Below, in pieces: positions 52,074 to 61,890 of a stretch of 63,865 nucleotides of DNA. The notes under the pieces are model-generated. The model was not told where the DNA came from and did not search any database. It worked only from the letters and a program-made list of their open reading frames with translations. This DNA comes from Octopus bimaculoides (taxonomy: Eukaryota), in NCBI RefSeq assembly GCF_001194135.2, contig NC_068995.1:16283338-16347202 (forward strand), given 5' to 3'. The position numbers and the translations under genes were made by a program. Position 1 is the first letter of the stretch, and the number at the start of each line of letters is the position of its first letter.

Positions 52074-54018
52074 CTCAGCTGAATTTCTGTGAGGTACTGA
52101 AGATTTAGCACAGTAGAGTTCCTTCAGCTATAGAATAACCTAACATTGCTGCTACTGTTATTATATTTTAGCCTCAGGTCAACTACGATTGAGCGCACCT
52201 ATGATCAGGCATGTGCCAGTTGTGACTTCCCTACCTTTTTGTATATTAGTGACCACATTGTCCAATTTAGCTTTTGCGATAGTAATGAGGAAGATGTAGT
52301 TGCTATTTCTAACTTGTGTGACCATATAGAGTAGAAGTTCTCAATATGGGCAGTATTACAATTCTCTGCACATAGTGTAGTGGTTAAGAGCGCGGGCTAC
52401 TAACCCCAAGATTCCGAGTTCGATTCCAAGCAGTGACCTGAACACTAATAATAATGATAATAATAATAATAATAACATCGAAAAATACCTTAGGAATGAA
52501 AACCCAGGTTCGAAATTTCCCCAAGACATTTGATGAAGGCTGGAGGGTATATCAGCCGAAACGTTGTGTTAGCAGCAAACAAGATGAGGACACATATCCG
52601 TCAAATGTAAATAATGTAAATAATGGGCAGTATTGTCCCCAATACTGGGCATGTGAAAGTGGGTGTTAGACTTTAGGGGGAAGTGGAGTAACATAATTAA
52701 CATGCTCAATTTTACATATAATAGTAATTATACATGATAAAACTGGTAATGATTATTAAAATAAAAAGAGATTTCATCAGGCACAGGTAAGTCATTAACT
52801 TCAATGTATAAAGTAAATTTACACCTTTTGTCTGTCACCAAATCATCATCATCATTATTTTGAGTCCACTTTTGATGCTGGCATGGGTTAGACAGTTTGA
52901 CTGGAACTGGTAAGCTGGAGAGCTACACTAGGTTCCAGTCTGATTTGGCTTGGTTTCTACAGCTGGGTGCCCCTTCCTAATGCCAACCATTCCGAGAGTG
53001 TAATGGGTGCTGTTTACATGTCACTGGCACAGGTGTTTTTATGTGCCATGACACTGGCCACGACTATGATTTCACTTGGCTTGATGAATCTTCCCAAACA
53101 CAACAAATCGCCAAAGGTCACGGTGTGTATTAATTTTTTTATCATTTCACTGTTAAAAGGTTATACAATTCATTCTAATTTTATAAATTATCATCCATAT
53201 TAAGTTGGTTTTGTCATGACACTTCACTTGCCACTTAGGTGGGCACTAGACAGCAACTACTTAAAAGGGGGTGCTCTATATAAAAAGGTTAAGAACCACT
53301 GATATACAGGGTCCTTCATGTACAAGAGTCTCTCATATTTACCTCAGGCACCTTCTGTGGTAGAATGATCATATACCACCTGGTTTATGTTATACTAATA
53401 TGCTGGTCTCCAAAAGACATTCCTCTTAAATATCTGCTCATGGTAACCTATTGTGTGCACAGGCCTTCCCTACTTATTCATATCTGTATGCAACTTAATT
53501 CTTTTGCATCTTTTAATCATTGCCTGATAATGTTAAATTCTTGTTAAATTACATTTCTGTATTTATTTGCTTAGGGATGTCGCAAACTGTTAAGAGAAGT
53601 GAATGCAACAGACCAAGTAAGTATATCCATGTTCTTTGCTATTTTGAATCATCATTAGATTCTTATGTTAGACAATGCATCAAAAGTCAGCGATAATATA
53701 CAGGGTGTCCACAAAGTCTGGGTATATGGGGATTAACACATACTTTCAGAAATTATTATTTCTTATATTCAATTCTTTATGTTATGATTTTATTTACTCC
53801 ATGTAGCCAGACCTTGTGGACACCCTGTAGAATATGGCTTACTATGCCATTTACTTTACTGTTTATTGTATATGGAATATTTATGCTGTTTGCTTCCAAA
53901 CCACATGGTTCTGGGTTCAGTCACACTGCGTGGCACCTTTGACAAGCATCTTCTACTATAACCTCAGGTCGACCAATGCCTTGTGAGTGTATTTGGTAGG
54001 TGGAAACTGAAAGAAGCC

Positions 54019-54066
<48 letters not shown>

Positions 54067-56577
54067 CCCACCACCACTTGACAACTGGTGCTGGTGTGTT
54101 TATGTTCTCATAATTCAGCAGTTTGGTAAAAGGGTCTGATGGAATAAGTATCAAATTTAAAAAACAGTAAATACTTGGGTTGATTCATTTGATTAAAATT
54201 CAACAAGGTAATGCCCCAGCATGGCCACAGTCGAGTGTCTGAAACAAAAGATGTAAATTATTGAATTTATTAACGGTCATCTTTTTAAATAAAACATATT
54301 AATGAAGATGAACAATATTAATTCATCATCATTGATATGTTTAATAATATTAAATCCTTTAACAATATATCATTCACTTATCATTTTGAAGAATATTAAT
54401 ATTCATTCTGTAAACAAAACAAAACAAATAATATTTGCATTAAAATCATCAAATATAATAACGATGTTTTCACTAATTATTTTTTTCTAAGGTTAAGTCA
54501 GGTGATTATAATTACTGTGGTTGACTGCATGCTGTAGCAGTAGTAATAAATCATTATCACCATCATCATCGTCATCATCATCATCATCATCATGGTGATC
54601 ATCGTCGTATTCATCATCATTGTCATCATCTGTAATTTTTTTTCAGGCTAATGAAGAAGCCTGTTAATGGTTGCACAGCTTGCTAGTAATAGCAACCAAA
54701 TCTCTCTCAAATCTTGAAAAACACAGAATGGAAACTTTGTACAATATAATCCTTTCTGCTATAAGTACAAAGTCTGAAATTTTGCGGGAGGGGTTAAGTT
54801 GATTACATCGACCCCAGTACTCAACTGGTACTTAATTTATCAACCCCCAGAAGGATGAAAGCAAAGTCGACCTCAATGGAATTTGAACCTGGAATGTAAA
54901 GACAGATGAAATGCCACTAAGCATTTTGCCTTGCTTGCTAATGGTTCTGCTAGCTCACCACCTTAACTTTGTACATCATAATGTCCCTCATACAGAGAGA
55001 AAGACTCAAAATTTAGTTTGACTTTCGTCAGAATGGAAAAGTGGCTATTAAAACAATGATGATGAGGATGATATAGCTGGCTAGATACATAGATCACCAA
55101 AAGGCAGCGAGCTGGCAGAAACGTTAGCACGCTGGGCGAAATGCTTAGCAGTATTTTGTCCGTCTTTACGTTCTGAGTTCAAATTCCGCCGAGGTCGACT
55201 TTGCCTTTCATCCTTTCGGGGTAGACAAATTAAGTACCAGTTACGCACTGGAGTCGATGTAATCGACTTAATCCCTTTGTCTGTCCTTGTTTGTCCCCTC
55301 TATGTTTAGCCCCTTGTTGGCAATAAAGAAATAAGATACATAAATCACCATCATCATTGTCATTCCCTAATGTCTGTTGTCCATGCTGACATGGGTGGAT
55401 GGTTTGACCAGAGCTGGCAAACCGGGGGAGATGCACTAGGTTCCAGTCTGATTTGGCTTGGTTTCTATGGTAGGATGTGCTTCCTAACGTCAACCACTTT
55501 ACAGATGGTGCTGGGTGCTTTAATGTGGCACTGGCACAAGTGGTCTTTTTACATGGCACTGACACAAGGCTCTTGCAGACCAATCCTGCACACATGAGTA
55601 TTACACTCACACACAGACACATATATATACATATATTTATATATACTATTTTTTTGTTTTTTAGCAAATCGCAAATGCACTCTGCTCTATCCTCTTACTG
55701 GAAGATTGTACTCCACGACAAGTTTTTAATGAATTCCTTTTGGCTAGAACTGTGAGTATATAAACTAGTTGGCATTTCATTTTTCATAGGAAACTGTTTG
55801 CTTTTATTATTGTTTCTACTTGCTAGATAACATGTCATATTTTTAGATGAGATTTAACAAGATTACTTTTTTAATCCTAATAAAACCTTAGTAAATATCC
55901 TAAAATATTTTGTAAATTTTCAAAATCTAATGCTTTGTTTATTGATTTTAGTTCACCAGCTTATTCTGTTCTGAAACTGTATGGTTTGGTGCTATTTTAA
56001 CCCATTAGCATTTAAACTGTCAACGTCCAACCCAAATATTCTATAAGCTTTATTTTCAAACAGGCCAGATCTGGCCTATCACACCAACCTTACAGTGTCA
56101 TTCTAAAAGTATACGATCACATCATCAAAATCTTGAAGCTGTGAATAAATAAACCTTACTGTTGACAAAATAATCTGAATACTAAAAGTTTAAGGATGGA
56201 GCAATCTTTTAGGTTTCCTCCCAAAGATGTAAGCTTGAAATGTCTGTGGTTTGGTTTGTTACTGTTTAGCCACAGGGAATAACCTCGTTGAGATCTTCAA
56301 AATCATGATCATCTTTGTTTTACCCATTCATAAAAAGGACAATTTTGCTATGTTGCACAGTATTTACTTAAATTTTATAATATTGATCACTTTCTGAAGC
56401 ACTTCTCTCTTTATTGAGTGGCTGTGGTAAGTAGCTTGTTTACCAACCACATGGTTCCAGGTTCAGTCCCACTGCATGGCACCTTGGGCAAGTGTCTTCT
56501 ACTTTAGCCTCGGGCCGACCAAAGCCTTATGAGTGGATTTGGTAGATGGAAACTGAAAGAAGCCCGTTGTATATATG

Positions 56578-56622
<45 letters not shown>

Positions 56623-59116
56623 ATATGTTGTGTATCTGTGTTTGTCCCTCCAACATCGCTTGACAACCAATGCTGGTGTGTTTAGGTCCCCTTAACTTAG
56701 TGGTTCGGCAAAAGAGACTGATAGAATAAGTACTAGGCTTACAAAGAATAAATCTTGGGGTTGATTTGATTCGACTAAAGGTGGTGCTCCAGCATGGCAG
56801 CAGTCAAATGACTGAAACAAGTAAAAGAAAAAGAAAAAAAAAAGGCTATTGATAACTTTTCTCCACTGTTTTTAACTCTGAGAGTTTTTTTTTTCTGTTA
56901 CTCTCCATTCTCAGCTCTGCTTCAGTATCCCACCTCCAGCTATTCTTAGGGCATCATCTCTTCTGCTACCAAGGGACACTTTGCTGGATTTCCACAACAG
57001 ACAGTTGGAGTCTGGACAGCTCGCTGTTATCCAGCTCCATGTTAAACCGTCCAACCCATGCCAGCATGGGAAGTGGATATTAATGATGGTGATGATGATG
57101 ATGTTGATGATGATCCAACATCTATACCCAGAAACTGGGATGTGTCCTGTTACTTGTATGGTTTGAGAGCTCCAGCTCAGGCTGTCTGGTCATGCTGCTT
57201 GATTTTCTGAGTTGGATCCTGCATATCATGTTGTCTTCTCTGAGGATCCAACTGGAGTGGCAACTCATGTTGGTCAGCCACATAACACATGGTCATGGTG
57301 GATGAGGAAGTATCTTATAGAGAGGAGGACCGATTGGGGCACTGCTCTGAGGGTTTCCCATGACAACCGAAGCGAATGGTGGATGCAGCGATGTATTATG
57401 AGTTACTGTCGGTCGCATTTTGTATCCAACCTACAACTCAGAAACTTGGATGTGTCCTCTTTCTTGTACAGGATGTGCTGGTCAGCCACATGTCACATGA
57501 TCAAAGTGAATGGGGAAGTGTCTCATAGAGATGGGGACTAGTTGGGGCACTGCTCTGAGAGTTGCCTGGTACAGCCTGAGCAAATGGTAGATGCAACAAT
57601 GTGTCGCAATGACACATGCCCCCTGACCTCTCTTCTGCCTTCCCTGTGGCTGTTCATGTACTCTTTGCTTATAAGCTGGTCAGATGGTCATGATTTAAAA
57701 TCAAGACCTTAACCCTTTAGCATTCACATTATTCTGTCAAATGTAATGCTTATTTATTTACATTGTTTTGAATTAATCAGGCATTATCTTGTGGCTGTGA
57801 GATTTCAATGAGATAACTGTTAAATTCTTAGAATGGTATTGTAGGGTTGGTGTGAGAAATCTGATCTGGTCAGTATGAACATAAAACAGATATGGCCAGT
57901 TTAAAAGCTAAAGGGTTAATCAGACCAAATGATTCTACAATTCCTTATTCCTTTTTCATGTAGGACTTCTTTATAGTCCTCAAGCACAAGTCTTTTGAAT
58001 ATGCCATGCATGTATAATTCAATTATAAATGTAGAATTAAGCACAAACTATGCTCAGAAATACATAAATGCATTTGCATCTAATCAACTTATTGTTATTT
58101 CACATGAAACCCAAACCCTCAGCCTCTGGGACATCTCTTTTGAGAAACACTGCATTAATGGGTTAAGCACTTGTACTTGGCTGGGAATAAGAAACAGTTC
58201 TATAAATGCTATGTAATAGACTACCCCTTATTCATATTATGAATATTTAACCCCTTAGCATTCAGATTCTTCTGTCAAATGTAATGCTTATTTATTCACA
58301 TTGTTTTGAATTAATCATGCCGTTGCCAGTACCGCCGAACTGGCCCTCGTGCCCGTGGCACGTAAAAAGCACCCACTACACTCTCGGAGTGGTTGGCGTT
58401 AGGAAGGGCATCCAGCTGTAAAAACTCTGCCAGATCAGATTGGAGTCTGGTGTAGCCATCTGGTTCGCCAGTCCCCAGTCAAATTGTCCAACCCATGCTA
58501 GCATGGAAAGGGGACGTTAAATAATGATGATGATGCATTATCTCATAGCTTTGAGATTTTTATGATTTGACTGTATAGTTTTAGAATGACACTGAGTAGA
58601 TGTGAGAGGCCAGATCTGGCTGGTTTGAACATAAAACAGGTAGAATATTTTGGTCGGATATGGCTGATTTAAAGGAATATAATTTTTTGTTTGTTTTTGA
58701 ATTTGGAAGCTATTTAATCAATTTTGTCTTTTTAAATTAATATCTGTTCTGGTTTCCTTTCTTCCTTCCCTTCCTCCCACAGAATGCCGTTCAGCAATTG
58801 TTCCATGTTTCCCAGCAAGGTATTGGTATCAAACAACAAATATGCCTTGTGGTTCAGCTAATTGTAAAGACAGTGCACCAGATATATACAGTCTTCTACA
58901 CTTCAGACAGTGAGGTTCCAGCTTCTGGTGAAGGTTAGTCCGCAATTCTCACAAATAAGCTTGTTTTCTTTTCTTATTTTATGTTTCATATTCATTGATC
59001 CATGCTAATATGGTGAGGTAATTGCTTATTTTCATTATGAGAATTGTTTTGCATGGGTGCACCTACCACAGTGGTAAAGCACATTGTCCTTGTAGGACAC
59101 TTTTGACAAGTTTCTT

Positions 59117-59155
<39 letters not shown>

Positions 59156-61055
59156 GATGACTGGCACCTGTGCCAGTGGAGCACTAACAGCACTGTCCAA
59201 GCGTGATCATTGCCAGAGCAGCTGTCTGGCTTCCATGCCAGTGGCGTGTAAATAGCACCATTTGAGTGTGATCGTTACCAGCGTCGCCTTACTGGCACGT
59301 AAAAGACACCATTTTGAGCGTGGCCGTTGCCAGTACCCCCTGACTGGCCCTCGTACTGGTGGCAGGTAAAAGCACCCACTACGCTCTCAGAGTGGTTGGT
59401 GTTAGGAAGGGCCTCTGGCTGTAGAAACCTTGCCAGATCAGATTGCAGCTTGATGCAGCCATCTGGTTCACCAGTCCTCAGTCAAACTGTCCAACCCATG
59501 CTAGCATGGAAAGCGGACGTTAAACGATGTTCGCCTGACGAGTAGCATTTGGATAAATACTACTTCCGAAGTTCTGCTCACTGTGAAACATATGGATTTT
59601 ATCTACTCCATTCCTTGATTTTGGATTTCTGTTCTCATACACAGCAACCCTTGCTGCTAACCATAAGCTTTAAAAGAATTTTTTCAGCTTATCGAACTTT
59701 GACATTGGAAAAATTTACAACCTTCTACATCAATAAGCCACTATTATTCCTGAAAGTTGTTTTTTATACCTTCTATGGACTACTTGAAACTTACTATCTC
59801 CCTACACCTTGATACTTGGATCTTACCTTTACAAATATACATACATACATATATATGGTGATTATATGAAGTGTAGCGCCGCCTGACTGGCTCCCATGCT
59901 GGTGGCATGTAAAGAGTACCATTCAAGTGTGGTCAATACCAGTGCTGCCTAACTGGCTCCCGTGCTGGTGGCATGTAAAAATCACCCACTACACTCTCAG
60001 AGTTGTTGGTGTAAGGAAGGACCTCTGGCTGTGGAAACCTTGCCAGATCAGGTTGCAGCCTGATGCAGCCTCCGAGCTTGCCACTCCTAAGTCAAACTGT
60101 CCAACCCATGACAGCATGGAAAACGGACGTTAAACGATGATGATAATGATGATGATTGGCTGCATGCTTCTCTGAAATTGACCAAATTGATGTAGATGTC
60201 TGGTAAGAATGCAGTAAAATTTGAAAATCCATTAAGGTTGCTCATCATTTTTTTAGTTTACAGAAAAACGGTTAAATTAACTGTATTTACATCTACTATA
60301 TAATTTACATATATTATATCATAACTTGATGCTGTGTGACCTGAGATCCCTGCTGACAGGTCTTTGATATTAAATAAAGTGTTCACACTTATGATATGCA
60401 AATCAGAAGCCCCAGTTTTCTGTAATTGTTGAGTATATAGATAGGCTGGCTGCCTGCTTCACTGGGATCGGTCAAATTCATGAAGATGCCAATATCATTT
60501 AAAAACTGATTAAGGTTGTTCATTTTTTTTTCAATCTATGGAAAAATAGATAAAAATTAACTCCGTTTATATATTTATTATATAGGTTACACACACATTT
60601 ATGTGTGAGTGTGTATGTGTTACTCTCTTAACCATGACATTATGTGATAGTTTTAAAGTAGCGTCACCATTATGCATTGTCATTCATAAAAATATGACTG
60701 TTCAATCTGAAAACAGATTGGCGACAGGAAGGGAATCCGGCCATCGAAAACACTCAACTCCATATGATCCATGCGACCATAGAAAAGGCATATAAACAAT
60801 AAATAACAAAATAGAAAGTTAATTTAGCAAGGGAGGCAACTCTGAAGAAATTTCTTGGAATTATCTTCCTTAGAGCTTTTTTTTTTATATATATATTACT
60901 TAATTTCATTATATTTCTTTCAGTTCAGAAATTTGTGAAGTATAAATACGAATAAAATTCCAAATTTATAAATACTGTTTTTATTGTTTATTTCTTTCCA
61001 GAATCTTTCAAATTATACAGCATTTTGGAACATGTAACTAAAACTACACCGAAAA
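43037..61055 (+). CDS. COG1: COG1, conserved oligomeric Golgi complex subunit 1; 5' partial multi-exon CDS (10 exons visible, gene continues past the window)
   Basis: Hand-spliced GT-AG exons join in one frame: MASKKQVQNLPLHEMDTNLMFEKFTIQEIREIEKKNRLDIERKKEELRVMVGERYRDLIEAADTITDMKKSSQN...FYSVASQIKLLLDMPEK...ALCSILLLEDCTPRQVFNEFLLART...GIKQQICLVVQLI. This matches recalled human COG1 motifs (EIEHKKEELRQMVGERYRDLIEAADTI; FYSMAAQIKLLLEIPEK; ALCSIMLLEESSPRQALTDFLLARK; GIKAQICSLVELL). Confidence 0.95.
45775..45859 (+). CDS. COG1: COG1 coding exon 2 (NLPLHEMDTNLMFEKFTIQEIREIEKKNR)
   Basis: tattcag acceptor, gtaagt donor, 85 nt; resembles COG1 DPAALFETHGAEEIRGLERQVR. Confidence 0.92.
46195..46239 (+). 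CDS. COG1: COG1 coding exon 3 (RLDIERKKEELRVMVG)
   Basis: tttcag acceptor, gtaagc donor, 45 nt, phase 2-2; KKEELRxMVG motif. Confidence 0.96.
46925..47160. mobile_element. Repeat family E copy, (TCA)n-first orientation
   Basis: catcatc...ttccatgctggcatgggttggatggtttgac...cccttcctaatgccaac. Confidence 0.85.
47779..47845 (+). CDS. COG1: COG1 coding exon 4 (GERYRDLIEAADTITDMKKSSQN)
   Basis: tttgcag acceptor, gtaagt donor, 67 nt; diagnostic ERYRDLIEAADTI motif. Confidence 0.98.
48053..48269 (+). repeat. Copy 1 of a ~200-bp direct duplication in COG1 introns
   Basis: Highly similar to 49349-49547, with an ~18-bp extra segment. Confidence 0.93.
48985..49091 (+). CDS. COG1: COG1 coding exon 5 (VMNSISKIEELCKQLKQNHLAKGTSYIHRPLADKSR)
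   Basis: ccttacag acceptor, gtcagt donor, 107 nt open frame; phases 0-2 bridge exons 4 and 6. Confidence 0.9.
49349..49547 (+). repeat. Copy 2 of the ~200-bp direct duplication
   Basis: ttgttggt...cagctaagctaatttttgg...gatataaacagcagccat shared with copy 1. Confidence 0.93.
49706..49775 (+). CDS. COG1: COG1 coding exon 6 (RKQTENHFYSVASQIKLLLDMPEK)
   Basis: ctttcag acceptor, gtttgt donor, 70 nt; FYSxAxQIKLLLxxPEK motif. Confidence 0.96.
50820..51147. mobile_element. Putative non-autonomous DNA element with a CCAAT/TGACGTC segment and a telomeric palindrome
   Basis: aaccaatcactgacgtcc at 50971-50988; palindrome at 51043-51082; runs into a gap. Confidence 0.5.
52358..52622 (+). mobile_element. 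tRNA-headed SINE carrying a hammerhead-like module, flanked by a 12-bp direct repeat
   Basis: A-box tagtgtagtgg, B-box gagttcgattcc, (AAT)n linker, hammerhead-like 52525-52570, (gtaaataat)2 tail; atgggcagtatt at 52346-52357 and 52623-52634. Confidence 0.8.
52525..52570 (+). ncRNA. Minimal hammerhead-ribozyme-like motif (C3U variant)
   Basis: GACAT / TTGATGA-A / GGCTG-gagggtatat-CAGCC / GAAAC-GTT / GTGTT: 5-bp stem I, perfect 5-bp stem II, palindromic loop-less stem III (ACGT). Confidence 0.6.
52845..53110. mobile_element. Repeat family E copy, (TCA)n-first orientation
   Basis: Same motifs as 46925-47160. Confidence 0.85.
53575..53616 (+). CDS. COG1: COG1 visible exon 7 (GCRKLLREVNATDQ)
   Basis: tgcttag acceptor, gtaagt donor, 42 nt, phase 0-0; aligns to ESKMLLKCQGVSDQ. 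Confidence 0.85.
53701..53827. mobile_element. Tc1/mariner-type MITE, 127 bp
   Basis: TIR CAGGGTGTCCACAA(A/G)GTCTGG, 20/21 match; TA on both flanks. Confidence 0.93.
53880..54250 (+). mobile_element. SINE family D (CpG-decayed)
   Basis: Head, (TA)(TG) linker and tail are present. Confidence 0.88.
54765..54964 (-). mobile_element. SINE family C
   Basis: Family C consensus motifs. Confidence 0.88.
55101..55330 (+). mobile_element. SINE family C, young CpG-rich copy
   Basis: aaggcagcgagctggcagaaacgttagcacgctgggcgaaatgcttagc...ccgccgaggtcgactttgcc. Confidence 0.92.
55345..55575. mobile_element. Repeat family E copy, (TCA)n-first orientation
   Basis: Same motifs as 46925-47160. Confidence 0.8.
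55665..55751 (+). CDS. COG1: COG1 visible exon 8 (QIANALCSILLLEDCTPRQVFNEFLLART)
   Basis: tttttag acceptor, gtgagt donor, 87 nt, phase 0-0; strong match to AVAEALCSIMLLEESSPRQALTDFLLARK. Confidence 0.96.
55998..56195. mobile_element. piggyBac-like MITE family F (degenerate, reverse orientation)
   Basis: ttaacccattagcatt...aatactaaaagtttaa; internal match to 57713-57915. Confidence 0.75.
56416..56843 (+). mobile_element. SINE family D, complete reference copy
   Basis: tRNA-like head (ggctgtggtaag...ccaggttcagtccc), (TA)/(TG) linker, conserved tail, A-rich end. Confidence 0.92.
57128..57620 (+). mobile_element. Tandem degenerate RTE-LINE 3' ORF ends
   Basis: DPAYHVVFSEDPTGVATHVGQPHNTW resembles the RTE C-terminal DPxGWxRPxGRPxxTW; two diverged copies. 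Confidence 0.6.
57713..57915. mobile_element. piggyBac-like MITE family F, complete (203 bp)
   Basis: TTAA|CCCTTTAGC...GCTAAAGGG|TTAA (TTAA at 57709-57712 and 57916-57919). Confidence 0.9.
58251..58672. mobile_element. MITE family F interrupted by a family E insertion (58321-58532)
   Basis: The F sequence resumes after the insert; atgc is duplicated at 58317-58320 and 58533-58536. Confidence 0.88.
58783..58933 (+). CDS. COG1: COG1 visible exon 9 (NAVQQLFHVSQQGIGIKQQICLVVQLIVKTVHQIYTVFYTSDSEVPASGE)
   Basis: Long pyrimidine tract plus cacag acceptor, gttagt donor, 151 nt; matches ATIQKLLNQPHHGAGIKAQICSLVELLATTLKQAHALFYT. Confidence 0.94.
59155..59530. mobile_element. Repeat family E copy, reverse orientation
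   Basis: Reverse complement of the 46925-type copies. Confidence 0.88.
59875..60155. mobile_element. Repeat family E copy, reverse orientation, with (GAT)n tail
   Basis: Same motifs as 59155-59530. Confidence 0.85.
61002..61055 (+). CDS. COG1: COG1 visible exon 10 (ESFKLYSILEHVTKTTPK)
   Basis: tttctttccag acceptor, gtaagt donor, 54 nt, phase 1-1; resembles LLFSTLETITGQHP. Confidence 0.85.
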
Positions 61056-61209
61056 GTAAGTAACATGTTACAATTGTTAATCGTAGTGAAGATTATTCAG
61101 ACGTGAATGTATGGTTGTTGAGCAGTTGATTCCAAAACACTGTGGTTGAATCCTTGTGAAACCTTGGGTCCATAAGTAATTTTTGAGTGTCTGTGGAAGC
61201 TTGTCTCAC

Positions 61210-61347
61210 GTGTGGCTTTTCAATCATGTGGTCTTGGGTTCAACTCTGCTGCACAACACCTTGGACAAGTGCCTTATGCTATAGACCTTGGGTTGACCAA
61301 AGCCTTGTGGGTAGATTTGGTAGACAAAGCGAAAGATGCCTGTAGTA

Positions 61348-61388
<41 letters not shown>

Positions 61389-61890
61389 ATATATTTATGT
61401 GTGTGTGTCTGTATTTGTCATCCTGCCATCACTTGACAACCAATGTTGGTGTGTTTATGTTCCCGTAACTTAGCAGCTCAATAAAAGAAACAGAATAAAT
61501 ACTAGACTCGCTGTATAGATAGGCACAAGTGTGGTTTTGTGATAAGAAGCTTGCTTCCCAACCACATGGTTCCAGGTTCAGTCTCACTGTGCGGCACCTT
61601 GGGCAAGTGTCTTCTACATAGCCTCAAGTCAACCAAAGCATCGTGAGTGGATTTGGTAGACAGAAACTGAAAGCAGCCCATCTTGTATATATATAAATAG
61701 TTATGTGTTTGTATTTGTCCTCACCACCGTCGCTTGACAAGCAATGTTGGTGTGTTTACATCCCTATGACTTATCAGTTTGGCAAAAAAGACCAACAGAA
61801 TAAGTCAAAGTTGATTTCTTGAGTAAAAAAAATGCCCTTGAAGGCGATGCTCCAGTATGGCTGCAATCAAATGACTGAAATAAGTAAAAA
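61210..61890 (+). mobile_element. Two tandem SINE family D copies (CpG-decayed)
   Basis: Head-linker-tail structure occurs twice (~61210-61505 and ~61515-61890). Confidence 0.85.

Noticed and set aside
52368-52440. tRNA genes (also the heads at 9893, 23532, 37997, 55101, 56416)
   Set aside because: A and B boxes are present, but no complete cloverleaf could be closed and each continues into a repeated SINE body.
59549-59812. 87-aa ORF as an extra COG1 exon
   Set aside because: It has no similarity to COG1, and exons 9 and 10 already join in phase with colinear homology.
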